The notes beneath the pieces were generated by a model. The model was given only the letters and a program-made list of their open reading frames with translations. It made no database searches and was not told where the DNA came from. DNA of 64,000 nt from a virus (taxonomy: Duplodnaviria; Caudoviricetes): the IMG/VR virus record IMGVR_UViG_2831987924_000001, one strand, 5' to 3'. A program made the translations under genes and the position numbers. This document shows, in pieces, positions 1 to 10,975 of this stretch; the stretch's first letter is position 1, and each line of letters opens with the position of its first letter.

Positions 1-116
1 AAATCCATTTTTACCAATTTCAAATCTTTTCATTGTTTTTAAACAGTCTTCGTTATATATTTTGTTTAATTCTAACAAAATATCACCACCTTTATAATTT
101 ATTTAAAATGAGAAAT

Positions 117-332
117 TTATAAACTCATTATTATGGTATCTGTAACATCAATCTCTTTTATTTCGATTTTCACTATTTTGACATTATCAAAATCTTTTAA
201 TATATAACGTATATCTTCATAATCTAAGTCTTTAGCTAAATATCTGTTTGTAGTAAATTCAATATCATAAATATTTTCATTTACGGGTATAATATTTTTC
301 ACCCAAGAATTACCTACTCTTGCTTTATACAT
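117..332 (-). CDS. small hypothetical protein
   Basis: 71-aa ORF with upstream GGGAG RBS; stop lies in a junction motif. Confidence 0.65.
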   Translation of the reverse strand: MYKARVGNSWVKNIIPVNENIYDIEFTTNRYLAKDLDYEDIRYILKDFDNVKIVKIEIKEIDVTDTIIMSL

Positions 333-372
333 ATGCTTTATCTGCTCCCTTCATTTGATAAAAAACAAGATT

Positions 373-822
373 TTAATTACTCTTAATTTCAATCGTAAGT
401 AATCCAGAATTTGCTTTCACAGACATCAATCTGTTATTATATTCATCTTCTTCATGCCACGGTACATATACAGTTTTAATGCGTTCTTGATTCTCATTTA
501 AAGTATCTATAGTAACAATGTCATTATGTTCCGTAATTCTTCCAAGTATGTTTGGTCTATCTTCAACATTGTTACTCATTGGATTACCTATATACATACC
601 TAATGGCTCGTCTTGTTCAAGACTATTGTATTGAAGTTCACTTTCATCATTATATGAAATTGATAACAATATATAATCAGTTTCATATGTATTATCTTCA
701 TAAAATCCTTTTTCGTCAGTTAATTTCTCTAAATTTCCATATTTTAATTCTTTGATCCTGTCAATTGGAATAATGATTGATTCACAATTTTCAAAACCAA
801 TTTCTATATATTTCCCTTTCAT
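373..822 (-). CDS. hypothetical phage protein (acidic)
   Basis: 149-aa ORF, GAGGTG RBS. Confidence 0.7.
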   Translation of the reverse strand: MKGKYIEIGFENCESIIIPIDRIKELKYGNLEKLTDEKGFYEDNTYETDYILLSISYNDESELQYNSLEQDEPLGMYIGNPMSNNVEDRPNILGRITEHNDIVTIDTLNENQERIKTVYVPWHEEDEYNNRLMSVKANSGLLTIEIKSN

Positions 823-856
823 ACGTGTTCACCTCATTTTGATTAAAATGTGTAGT

Positions 857-1078
857 TTATTCATCTTTAAAAATTTTTTCAAATTCATTCCAAATATCAT
901 ACTTTCTTGCAAGTAATAAAAATTCATCTTCACTTAAATCTGGAAAATAATCTTTTGACTTTGCCCATTTCAAAGCTTCTTCCCAATTGTTGTATTCCTC
1001 GCTTTGAGAAAAGTGAAAAGAATTTAATATTGTATTCATTAAAATTGCTTCAATCTTTTCTTTATTGTTATCTTTCAT
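857..1078 (-). CDS. small hypothetical protein
   Basis: 73-aa ORF, GGAGGTG RBS. Confidence 0.7.
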   Translation of the reverse strand: MKDNNKEKIEAILMNTILNSFHFSQSEEYNNWEEALKWAKSKDYFPDLSEDEFLLLARKYDIWNEFEKIFKDE

Positions 1079-1105
1079 TCTATCACCTCCGATAAAAGAT
1101 GAATT

Positions 1106-1536
1106 TCATTCATAATACTTAATTGTATATCCATCTAACAATTTCAATTCCTTTAACTTCTCATATTCTTCTTTTTCAAGAATTTTTTCATAACCAACAT
1201 GCTTTACCGCGATTTCATATGCAAACACCAAAATTCGCATAAAATCAATATAAGAATCAGCACCACAAATATGATAATATCCATCTATTTCATTATCAGT
1301 TTTATCACCACAATCTTGACCATAAAACCAAAAATGAGAACACCCATCCCATTCTACCAAAACATCTGCAAAAAAAATTCTGTTTCATAAGGGCTTCCAT
1401 CATCATTCCATGAAACAGTCTGCTTAATTGTGCCACTTATTGAAAGTTCATAATTTTTATTTTGTTCGTATGTAGCAATGACATTCCCTTGATTATCGAT
1501 CAATTCGGCTTTTTTAATCATTTTTATTCCTCCCAA
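1106..1536 (-). pseudogene. hypothetical gene split by a frameshift in a T8 run
   Basis: ORFs 1354..1536 and 1106..1360 join into one frame (ETEFFFADVLVEWDGCSH) if the run at 1370-1377 has one more base. Confidence 0.55.
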
Positions 1537-1597
1537 TAAACATGACTTTTATTTAATTTATCAATATTAATAACAAAATATTTTATTTATGTATTTT

Positions 1598-2368
1598 TTA
1601 TAATTTATTTAATTCCGCAATTCTTTTATTAATCATGTCATCTATGTATGATTTATTAATTTCTGTAGCAACATAATTGCGTTTGTGTTTAATGCAACTA
1701 ATTATTTCACTCCCGCTTCCCGCAAATGGAATATAAACCAAATCACCTTCATTACTTGAACATAAGATGATTCTATCACATATCTCTAATGGTTTTTGAG
1801 TTTTATGTCCTACTGATTCTTTTTTCTTCCCAACTAAATTAGGAATATACCAAACATCATCAGGGACTTTTCCTTTTGGGTTTAAACGTTTATCCTTTTC
1901 AGCATATTTACTTTTAATTCTAATTTCATCTGGATTCCATGTATGATTATTAATATCATTAACACAATAAAATAAAGGTTCATGTGCTAATTTAAATTTT
2001 TTATTTGGTGATACCCCACCACTTCTATACCATATAATTCTATTTTTAATTGTAAAATATTTCTGTAATAACAAATCTATTTCAGCCCCAATTTCTTGTG
2101 AATTATAAAGCCAAAGAGAACCATTTGGTTTTAATAATCTTTTATATTCTTTAATATGCGTTTCCATAATATTTAAATAATCTTCTTTTGTTTTATATTC
2201 TAATCCAAAATCTAACTTCCCTGCATCACTAAATCCTTTCACATTATAGTAAGGTGGATCTACAATGATTAAATCAAAACCGTTAAAGTTATCAACGCCT
2301 ACTTCCAATCTTTTCATAAATTTTAAGCAATCTTCATTATATGTTTGATTTATTTTAAGCATACACAT
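1598..2368 (-). CDS. N6-A/N4-C DNA methyltransferase, beta class (orphan)
   Basis: DPPY catalytic motif N-terminal to H-x-TQKP and PFAGSGS SAM-binding motif. Confidence 0.9.
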   Translation of the reverse strand: MCMLKINQTYNEDCLKFMKRLEVGVDNFNGFDLIIVDPPYYNVKGFSDAGKLDFGLEYKTKEDYLNIMETHIKEYKRLLKPNGSLWLYNSQEIGAEIDLLLQKYFTIKNRIIWYRSGGVSPNKKFKLAHEPLFYCVNDINNHTWNPDEIRIKSKYAEKDKRLNPKGKVPDDVWYIPNLVGKKKESVGHKTQKPLEICDRIILCSSNEGDLVYIPFAGSGSEIISCIKHKRNYVATEINKSYIDDMINKRIAELNKL

Positions 2369-2732
2369 CCTCCTCTTTTAGTGCTGATTTATATTGATTA
2401 ACAAATGTTATAAATTGGGTAAAAGCTTGTTTGAAGTCTACTCTTCCTAATCGTGTAAAAGCTCGTTCCTCTTTAAAATTCATTTCAGAAGTTAATTCAA
2501 CTATTCTATAAAAATATCCACCAAAATCTATTTCAAATAATCCTAAAATAACTGTATTCTCATCAGAATAAATTAAATTTTGAATTGACTTATCAAATTC
2601 TTGTTCCGAAAACCATTTGATTGCTGCTTCTAATCGCTCTTTAGCTTCCTTTTTAGTTAATCCAGTTTCTTCCCAGTTACCCAATTTAGCAACGTATCCA
2701 TGTTTTAATGGTAATTTTTCTACAGTAATCAT
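2355..2732 (-). CDS. hypothetical protein
   Basis: 125-aa ORF, AGGAG RBS, overlaps the MTase start. Confidence 0.7.
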   Translation of the reverse strand: MITVEKLPLKHGYVAKLGNWEETGLTKKEAKERLEAAIKWFSEQEFDKSIQNLIYSDENTVILGLFEIDFGGYFYRIVELTSEMNFKEERAFTRLGRVDFKQAFTQFITFVNQYKSALKEEDVYA

Positions 2733-3239
2733 TTAAATCACTCCTTTATGTTTATTTTAATAAATAATTAATTTTCTACAAAACATGACTTTTATATAAT
2801 TCATCTTATTAAAACAAACATATAAGGATCGTCATTTTCATATTTAGTTTTTAGCATATTAACTATATTAACTATAATGCCCACATTTTAACTTCAATAC
2901 CATTCCGGCTTATTCCTACTAGTTTCTGATTTACGTTTCTCTTTTTCATTTAAACACTTTTCACAAAAGAAATAATCAATCCTTGTCCATTCAGTCATAC
3001 CTGTTGTTACATGGTATTCTTGTTTTTTTCTTGCAATCAAAATGAACATACTTATGATCACAAATCATGCACATTTTTCCTCCTTATTAAATTAATATCA
3101 ACCTATTAGATACTTTTTTCCACACCTTTTACAGACAAAACCATCTTTTCCGTCTTTCAAATAAGCATCGTGCCATAATAAGAAGCATATAAGTTTTTTA
3201 AACATTCTTTTCTCCCTTTCTTTTAATACAAATATACTA

Positions 3240-3599
3240 TTACTTTAACAATGCTTTATATGCTAATAAAAAATATTTACCACAATCATTGACTAATATT
3301 TCATCTGGTACATCATTAATTTTACACAGTCTTATATGTTCAAAAAAATGATCTCTTTTTAATCCTAATCTAGTAATAATGGCTTTTAATGCTGTCTGTT
3401 GTGAGCTATCTGTATTAAAATAGGCAACAGCTTTTGAGTTATTTTTAATCTTATTAAGCAAATATTCAATATCACTATGTTTAAATCCAAATGTTTCAGC
3501 AACTGGTGCTACTCGTGGGTATTCTTTATATAAAGGATTTTCTGCAATATTCACATAATCATCTCCTAATAATTTCCATAAAACTCTGTTTTTAATCAA
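3240..3599 (-). CDS. hypothetical protein
   Basis: 119-aa ORF co-oriented with neighbours; start uncertain. Confidence 0.55.
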   Translation of the reverse strand: MIKNRVLWKLLGDDYVNIAENPLYKEYPRVAPVAETFGFKHSDIEYLLNKIKNNSKAVAYFNTDSSQQTALKAIITRLGLKRDHFFEHIRLCKINDVPDEILVNDCGKYFLLAYKALLK

Positions 3600-4009
3600 T
3601 TTTTATGTAGCGTGGATTTAAATATGCTTTAATCGCATTTTGTAATCCTTGATTAACTAACTCAATCGACTCTTTATTTAATTTATCATTTTCAAGAAGA
3701 TTAGCCCAAAATTTAATTTCTTCTTTAGGATCAGGCAACGTCTCGATTTTATTTTCAAAATTCATATTTATACATCCTTTTATAATTTTATTTAATCACT
3801 TTTCGATCAGTGTCTCAACTGCCACACCAAAGCTAAATACCGCCAACATCATCAATCCTAGAAATTGTACAACTGTTTTCGGATTATCATACCATCTCAA
3901 AGCAATAGCCATAAAAACAATGCTAAGAAAAAGAAAGAAATAAAACATCAATTCACCTCCTGTTATTATCTTTAATATTATTATAATTTATTTAATTAGG
4001 TTTGACAAG

Positions 4010-4918
4010 TTAAATTTGAAAATTTTCTTTCTTTAATAGCTCATAAATAAACTGTACACCATTCGGTTTTACTTTTGTTGTTGTAGTATGGAATGATTTA
4101 TTACCTTTATCAACTGGAACATCTGTCACATTAAAATAATCTTCATATCCTCGATTCGGATGATTTGTATACTTGCCATGACTTTTATTCTTGCTCAATA
4201 CACCCTTTAACCGCAAATAATTTGTCAATGCTTGAGCTGAAATTTTAATATTCATACCATACATTTCATTAGCTCTTGTTGAGATCATTTTAGCCACTTC
4301 AGTAAATGTGTATGTACCATTTGAAGCAATAAACTGACCCCAAGCATCAACCATAGGTTTTTGTTTTTCTAATTCCTCTTCTAATTGTTTGATATGTCGG
4401 TTTTTATATTCGTCATATTCCTTAATAGCTAAAGCTTTTTCTAAATCATCTTTGGCGCGAATAATATTTAAAAGCAATCGTTCTTCTTCATCAATTCCTT
4501 TTGTTTTCTGATTATCTGTCAATTCCTCTTGTTGATCAAGTAACGCAGCTCGTACACGTCTGGCAACAACTGAATCACGAAGTAGCATTCCAACATTCAA
4601 TAATGCACGTTTGGAAAACACTGTTACTGATCTTGCTCTTGTTTTTAATCCACTGAGTGACTTGATGTCACGCAGTTTCTCTCCACTGAGTGACACAGCT
4701 CCATTTTCCATTAATTCATCTTTATTACGGACATAAAGCTGGCGAATAACATCTTCACTTACTTCATACCATTCTGCAACCATCTTTGTTGTCATTAGTT
4801 CTGTATTAGGTAAAGTAAAAATTTTCCCAACTTTATCTAACACTTCTAAACGATTCATATATTTTTGACGTAAATCTTTATCCTCAACAAATTTATCAAT
4901 TGATACAACGTTACTCAT
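4010..4918 (-). CDS. phage antirepressor-type DNA-binding protein with C-terminal KilAC/ANT domain
   Basis: N-terminal TTKMVAEWYEV...RALLNVGMLLRDS region, coiled coil, then KP-V-AWGQF...TFTEVAK...TTTKVKPNGVQFI. Confidence 0.8.
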   Translation of the reverse strand: MSNVVSIDKFVEDKDLRQKYMNRLEVLDKVGKIFTLPNTELMTTKMVAEWYEVSEDVIRQLYVRNKDELMENGAVSLSGEKLRDIKSLSGLKTRARSVTVFSKRALLNVGMLLRDSVVARRVRAALLDQQEELTDNQKTKGIDEEERLLLNIIRAKDDLEKALAIKEYDEYKNRHIKQLEEELEKQKPMVDAWGQFIASNGTYTFTEVAKMISTRANEMYGMNIKISAQALTNYLRLKGVLSKNKSHGKYTNHPNRGYEDYFNVTDVPVDKGNKSFHTTTTKVKPNGVQFIYELLKKENFQI

Positions 4919-5383
4919 TTTACCCTCTCCTTTTATATTAATTTATATAAATGCATTATTTTAATTAGTCTTCTTTTTAACTAATGTTTATATAATGTCA
5001 CAAATTAATCCTACCATTAAAAATATAAACCAATAAGAAGCAGTCGTTGTTTGCTTGTCAAATAATTCATTAATCCCCCTACTAGTCAATTCATCTATAT
5101 TAAATAATGATAGAAGCCAAGCTATAAACAAAGATCCTGATGTATTAATAATAATCACTACCTTTCAAATTCAAAATGTATTTTACTTGCCACTTTCAAT
5201 TCTGTTTTTAATATATCTCTCCAATCTATCTAAAACATTTTCTGCTACTTCAAAAAAGTAATCAATATGACTTCCTTTATTTTCATAGTATCTCTCCTTC
5301 AATGTTGCTAAATGTTTTTTCATTTCTTCAATTTCTTTAACCATTATTATTTACCTCCATTTCTCAATAGAATCGTTCATTTA

Positions 5384-5578
5384 TTAAGAAATAAAATCAA
5401 ACAATAGTTTTATCACATTCTTTTTTATTGATTGAGAAAATCCCAATGTATGCCCATTATGCACAGGTATATAAAGAATTTCCCCATGTTCATTCTCTTT
5501 TGCTAAATATTCTAAAACTCCATCATTCCCGATCACTTTCCAACCTTTATCTAAAAGTTCTTGTTTGCTTTTCTTCAA
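5384..5578 (-). CDS. small hypothetical protein
   Basis: 64-aa ORF with GGTGGAG RBS. Confidence 0.55.
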   Translation of the reverse strand: MKKSKQELLDKGWKVIGNDGVLEYLAKENEHGEILYIPVHNGHTLGFSQSIKKNVIKLLFDFIS

Positions 5579-5619
5579 TGCAAATCTCCACCTTTATTTA
5601 AAAGGATTCTTTCGTTCGA

Positions 5620-5856
5620 TTATAACCAACTTCCGTATTTAAAGTTTCCTTTAACATGTATTTGATTATCAACTAACTCTACATCAAAATAAGGGAAGTA
5701 TTTTTGATATTTCAGTATCTCTTCATAAGTTTCATATGTGATTTTTTCTCCATACACTGTTTCACCAATTTTGACGCTAAATTTACATGGATTATCATGA
5801 TGTATACTCCAGCACCGTTCTAACACATTCTTTGTTGACTCATCAAATCTTTCCAC
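5620..5856 (-). CDS. small hypothetical protein
   Basis: 78-aa ORF in the minus-strand array. Confidence 0.55.
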   Translation of the reverse strand: MERFDESTKNVLERCWSIHHDNPCKFSVKIGETVYGEKITYETYEEILKYQKYFPYFDVELVDNQIHVKGNFKYGSWL

Positions 5857-6416
5857 TCCATAAAATCATCCCTTTGTATCCAAATAAAATGATTATTTGA
5901 CCGTTAGTAAATTCCCTACTACAATCATAATCATTATGCCGCTCCATATCACATAAGGCAACCAATCCATTTTACTTTCTTCTAAAATATCATCTATGTT
6001 TTTATTTGTCACTAAAAAATTATAATACATTTTTTCGAATCGCTTAATCATTATTTTATACACCTCTTATTATATATTTTATTTAATAAGGGAATCAATC
6101 AAATCTTAACAACCCTGTACTTCTCATTTGTTTTATACACCACAACATCATCCATAACTATAATCTTGACTTTTCTGAATTCCTTCTTTAATTCATTGAT
6201 AATTTGTACTCTCTCCTTGAAACTGCTATATGGAATTGCTCCACACACCATGTATATTCCTCCTTAATTATAATTTATTTACATAAACATATATTTCTAT
6301 AACGCCCCACCAAACAACAACGTTAAAAAGAAAGCAGAAAATACAACAGCAGCCCATCGTGTTTCTTTATCACATACCACTTCTTTAAACATTTCCATCA
6401 TGTTAACCACTCCTTA

Positions 6417-6635
6417 TTATAATTTATTTTTAATATTTTTCCATTCTTCTTGGAGATAGTCACTGGAGACAACGCAATTTTCTCGATACCACTGAATAGC
6501 CTCTTCAAGATCAACTAATTTTTGCTTTTCATATTCAGTTAATTCATTGAACTCAATAATTCGCTGCAAATGTTTAATTTCATCAATAATGCCACGGTAT
6601 AAAAAACGTGATACGCTAAATGGTACATGAGGCAT
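6417..6635 (-). CDS. small hypothetical protein, paralog of 8460..8687
   Basis: shared VP-x5-LY-GII...EA-x-WY-ENC-VSS-Y pattern. Confidence 0.7.
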   Translation of the reverse strand: MPHVPFSVSRFLYRGIIDEIKHLQRIIEFNELTEYEKQKLVDLEEAIQWYRENCVVSSDYLQEEWKNIKNKL

Positions 6636-6666
6636 AGATATTCCCCTCTCTTTTAATTAAAATAAT

Positions 6667-7179
6667 TTACCACCAAAACCACACAAACGTTTCACCTTCA
6701 ACAAACGGATCAACAATTTCTTTTTTAAAGTGCTCCCTACAATATTCTTCTGTATAAGGTATCAATTTTAATAATTTATCTTTTTCGAAAATGGTCATAA
6801 ATCCATTTTCATCTACATCGTCAGGCAGTACGGTCGTCCATTCCTTCATTCCTTTTCTCTGATAACCGACTTCTTCAACAAATACTCCAACCTCTGTTGC
6901 TTCATAAGTTTCGAATGGATAGTCAAAAGGAAACATAATTTTCTCATCTGTTTTTAGTGAAATGAAATATATACCATTCTCATCCGTCATTGTCCATTTG
7001 TAATTATTAAGATCTAAACCTCTTTTAATAAATGTATTTTCCCAATCAATATATCGTTCTTTTCGTTCAATTATTTTATCACCTAAAAATTGTTTAGCTT
7101 TTTCAGCGGCAATACCTTCGAACACATGAAATTCATCACTGCTATTGACAATTTTGTATAGATAAATGTCTAACCCCAT
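6667..7179 (-). CDS. conserved phage hypothetical protein (MGLD-start type)
   Basis: AGGAG RBS before MGLDIYLY; EVGYQRK motif; ends in WFWW. Confidence 0.75.
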   Translation of the reverse strand: MGLDIYLYKIVNSSDEFHVFEGIAAEKAKQFLGDKIIERKERYIDWENTFIKRGLDLNNYKWTMTDENGIYFISLKTDEKIMFPFDYPFETYEATEVGVFVEEVGYQRKGMKEWTTVLPDDVDENGFMTIFEKDKLLKLIPYTEEYCREHFKKEIVDPFVEGETFVWFWW

Positions 7180-7275
7180 TTCTTTCACTCCTTTTATATT
7201 TTTATTAAACGCCCGACACACAATCCATGTGAAAATGCATCGGGCGTGCTGTTATACGTTCCATAAAACTATTCT

Positions 7276-7485
7276 TTAATTATTTACTAACTCACGATAA
7301 ATCATTACATTGTTTGAAATAACATAAATATCATCACCGTTTTCAAGGCACACAACAAACTTATTGTCATCTTCTTGTATAATCTTTTCTATTTTTAAAT
7401 TACTATATTTATCTCCAACTGTAAGCGTCCAATAACTTTTTCCAACGCTTAAAATACGAAGGCTTTTTATAATTTTTTCTTGCAT
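7276..7485 (-). CDS. small hypothetical protein
   Basis: 69-aa ORF, AAGGAG RBS. Confidence 0.65.
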   Translation of the reverse strand: MQEKIIKSLRILSVGKSYWTLTVGDKYSNLKIEKIIQEDDNKFVVCLENGDDIYVISNNVMIYRELVNN

Positions 7486-7552
7486 GGCGATACTCCTTTT
7501 GATTTAAATTTGCATAAAATCGAGAGTTTATTTGTTTTACATTTTCATCGTA

Positions 7553-7774
7553 CTATGAATTAACACGTATTAAGCTACTTACTAACCACTTCTCTCCTCT
7601 TTTCTTTTTAGCTTCCTCGTCAATCCAATCGATATAAACAAAAGGATTATCGACTTTTTTTACTACGCCTTTGACATAATCTTCTTTTGTAGCAACAACA
7701 TCTCCTTTCATAAAATCAAAATTTATAACCGCGCCATTTATCATGGCTTTTTGCTGAACTCTATTCTTCTCCAT
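7553..7774 (-). CDS. small hypothetical protein (SH3/KOW-like pattern)
   Basis: 73-aa ORF, AAGGAG RBS, KGDVV...GVV. Confidence 0.6.
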   Translation of the reverse strand: MEKNRVQQKAMINGAVINFDFMKGDVVATKEDYVKGVVKKVDNPFVYIDWIDEEAKKKRGEKWLVSSLIRVNS

Positions 7775-7806
7775 TGCCTTTATACTCCTTCCTTCGCTTT
7801 ATGTGT

Positions 7807-8022
7807 CTAATTAGAATTAATAATTGAAAGTGATCGCATTGCCTCCTCAAACGTTTGCCAACTCTCTATAATAGCGCCAAGAGAAAGATCATAAATATCA
7901 TATTCTTCAATTATATACCCATCAACATCTATAATTTCTTCAACAATCATATGTGTTGGCGTTAAATGTTTTATGCTTTCTGAAATGATTTTTGCTCTCT
8001 CGTGCATTTGGAAATCATTCAT
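7807..8022 (-). CDS. small hypothetical protein
   Basis: 71-aa ORF, GAGGAGG RBS. Confidence 0.65.
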   Translation of the reverse strand: MNDFQMHERAKIISESIKHLTPTHMIVEEIIDVDGYIIEEYDIYDLSLGAIIESWQTFEEAMRSLSIINSN

Positions 8023-8459
8023 TACAAAACCTCCTCTTTTTATTTAACATTGTTTATTTTTCTTTATCTGATATTTCCAGAATCTCCACAACATCAGAAT
8101 CAACATAATAACCATTTCCGTTGCATTCTGGACAATCCTCTTCAATAATTATACGATCAACAAGATTATTATATACTTCAACATATCCCTTACCATCACA
8201 AAATGTACATTTTACCTTATCCATTTACAACACCCTTTCCACATTAACTACTTCATCACACACTGGACAATAGGCTTTGTCGTTATCAATTTCTGTTGGC
8301 TCGCACTCTTCGCCGCAAATTGGACATTCGTGCAATACATAGCCGAATTCGGCGAATTCTTGAAGGAGATCAAGCATATCTTTCATATTCTACACCTTCC
8401 CTTGTTTTCTTGTTATTTAAATTTTAACACAAAACCAAAAATTAAATCAATTTTTATTT

Positions 8460-8687
8460 TTATAATTTGTTTATATTTTCTTCGAGAGTAGCAAATTCCT
8501 CTTCAATATACCTTGATGAAACGATACAATTTTCTTTGTACCAATTTACAGCTTCTTTGACATTTTGAAATAGTCGGAGATCGGTTTCAGTTAATCCTTG
8601 TTCGTTTTTGATTTGCGATTTAAGATATTGGATTTTATGAATGATTCCTGAATACAAACAGGCACAAACACCATAAGGTACGTTCAT
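8460..8687 (-). CDS. small hypothetical protein, paralog of 6417..6635
   Basis: AAGGAG RBS; sequence similarity to 6417..6635. Confidence 0.7.
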   Translation of the reverse strand: MNVPYGVCACLYSGIIHKIQYLKSQIKNEQGLTETDLRLFQNVKEAVNWYKENCIVSSRYIEEEFATLEENINKL

Positions 8688-8775
8688 TTTAACACACTCC
8701 TTTTGATTTGTTTGATGATATTATAGCATGACTTGTTGTTAATTACAATATTTATTTTTATAATTTATTTAGATT

Positions 8776-8893
8776 TTATCCACTTTACCTAATCTGAATT
8801 CATGCAAGATTATGGTCTGAATTCATGCAAAGGTAATAGACGATATGCAAACCTAAAAATTTAAAACTCAAAGCTAAATCTGAATTAGTGCAG
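8776..8893. repeat. iteron-like repeats plus a near-consensus DnaA box (candidate origin)
   Basis: TCTGAATTCATGCAA at 8793 and 8816, TCTGAATTAGTGCAG at 8879; TTATCCACT at 8776. Confidence 0.55.
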
Positions 8894-9024
8894 CACCAAA
8901 TCAGACCTAATAATAATATACATAAGAATATAATAACCATATAATAATCAATTAAGAATCAAATAAGAATCAGTAATACAATGCGCCCACGAAAAATCGT
9001 GAGCGCATTGGTAAAATTATGTAT

Positions 9025-9666
9025 TTACATTTTGTCTATATGTACATAATAATGATTATTATATTTTGTATAAATTAAATTATCGAATTCATCATATCCA
9101 TCTTCTTGTAATTTATGTTTTTTGATCGTAATTAATTTTTGTTTCTTTAGTATATCGTTATATTTCTTTATTGTATTAAAGTCAATACCTAATTCTTTAT
9201 GTATTGTTTCTTGACCAATAAAACAAAACTGTTTACTGATTACATCTTTTCTATTTATAAAACTTTCATAGTAATAAAGTAATCTATAACCAATCAATCC
9301 TATATACTCAACTTGATTAATTAATGATAAAGGTAACTGTGTAAATGATTTACTTTTAAATGGAAGAGGATTAAATGTTATTTTTAACGCTCCTTTAGTC
9401 GGAAGGCGTTTAATTTCCTCTTTTATAATTTCATATTTATATAATGTGTTTAATGATTTCTTTAACGTTCTATTATCACTAATAAACAACTTATGCATAA
9501 GGAATTTATGATCAATTTCTAAACAATCTTTATCTTGTTTGGGATTCCGAAAGTAAGCATGTTTAAGTAAAGCATAAACTCCAAAATCATAATGATTAAA
9601 ATCTACACATTGATTACGGATAATCTCATCGGGAATCTGGATATACATCTTCTTTTTATTCTCCAA
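9025..9666 (-). CDS. tandem winged-helix protein, possible replication initiator
   Basis: two repeats of the Y/F-x-Q-I/L-P...Y-x-L-L...HTH pattern seen in Rep-like proteins; iterons downstream. Confidence 0.55.
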   Translation of the reverse strand: MENKKKMYIQIPDEIIRNQCVDFNHYDFGVYALLKHAYFRNPKQDKDCLEIDHKFLMHKLFISDNRTLKKSLNTLYKYEIIKEEIKRLPTKGALKITFNPLPFKSKSFTQLPLSLINQVEYIGLIGYRLLYYYESFINRKDVISKQFCFIGQETIHKELGIDFNTIKKYNDILKKQKLITIKKHKLQEDGYDEFDNLIYTKYNNHYYVHIDKM

Positions 9667-9721
9667 TCATATCACTCCATTTCACGTATTTTTTATTTCA
9701 CATCATTTCATAAAATACTGT

Positions 9722-9907
9722 TTAATTTTTAAAAATAGCTGTAAACTCTTTTAATGCCTGTTCTAATGTACTATCTTTCTCATATAACCAAAATTTCTCT
9801 AAAGTGTCCTCCCTAAGCGCTGCACATATGTATGGGATTTTCTTTTTATTATGTAAAAACTTATGTAATGTGGGTGAATAACAAAAATAATATTTACTTT
9901 TTTGCAT
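9722..9907 (-). CDS. small FYCYS-motif protein, paralog of 41278..41469
   Basis: YFCYSPTLHKFL...KKIPY...FW pattern shared with 41278..41469; AGGAGG RBS. Confidence 0.7.
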   Translation of the reverse strand: MQKSKYYFCYSPTLHKFLHNKKKIPYICAALREDTLEKFWLYEKDSTLEQALKEFTAIFKN

Positions 9908-10160
9908 AATCGCTTAACCTCCTATTTGCCTAACTTTTTAAGGCAACCGTATCTATATTTCACCTCCTTGTAAGGTTGCCAAAAAATACTCAATACTAAT
10001 GTAACATGAATTAAATTTACTTGTAAATATATTTTTATAATTTACTCAAAACAAAAAGGTTGATTATTTATCAGCCGCCAAACGATCTAATTTGACTTTT
10101 TCTTTAACAATCCTTTATAATCCATTTACACACCATTTCTTCACACTTTTAGTGGTGACA

Positions 10161-10193
10161 AAAGCGCACTCCTAAAATGGAATGCGCTTTTTT
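10161..10193. terminator. likely bidirectional intrinsic terminator
   Basis: AAAAGCGCA...TGCGCTTTTTT hairpin flanked by A and T tracts. Confidence 0.6.
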
Positions 10194-10356
10194 ATTGTCG
10201 TTCTAATCAATATTTGTTACAATATTACTTGACATCTCAAAATCAACCGTCGTTCTTATGTTCCAAGCAAGAGTGTACCTATTATGGTACGCTTTTAATA
10301 TTTTATATTTTGCTTTAAATTAGTAGCATTTAAAGCAATTGACTATTATTAAATAA

Positions 10357-10635
10357 TTATTCATATAATCTTCCTAATAATTCTTTTTCCATATATTCCT
10401 TTAACAACTTTACAGTTTCTTCATATGTTTCATATTTTGTGTTATTGTATAGGTCAGTCATTTCTTCAGCAATTTTAAAGGCTAATTCTTTGTCATTGAG
10501 GTTTTCAAAAACAACATAATTTCTTTGATATTCTTTATCGCCAGTTAAGTATTCATTAATAATAAAATATTTATTTTCGTACTCTATAACTACATAACGA
10601 AATCTTTTATCATATGTGTAAAAGATTTCTTCCAT
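10357..10635 (-). CDS. hypothetical protein
   Basis: 92-aa ORF, AAGGAG RBS. Confidence 0.7.
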   Translation of the reverse strand: MEEIFYTYDKRFRYVVIEYENKYFIINEYLTGDKEYQRNYVVFENLNDKELAFKIAEEMTDLYNNTKYETYEETVKLLKEYMEKELLGRLYE

Positions 10636-10975
10636 TTTTTATATCAACTCCTTTAAAAGTGTGAATTTATTTTGTAACCCTAGAGGAGAACTCTAGGGCT
10701 TGTTATTGGTTGGTTATACATTTACTCTTGTAATAATTCTTTAAGCACCATTAAAATTTCTCCAATAATCATAACCGAAGCGTATTCTTGGGCTTTCTGA
10801 GCTTCTTTGAATCGTTCTTCGTACTCTTTGATTTTGTTTTCAATTTTTGTTTGTAAATCCATTTTATTTTCCTCCTTTTGATTCATTTAACTATATTATA
10901 CATTTGTTTTGTGTGTTAGTAAATAAACATTTTTTATATTTTATTAAAATGTTCAGCAAGTTAAACTATTGGCTG

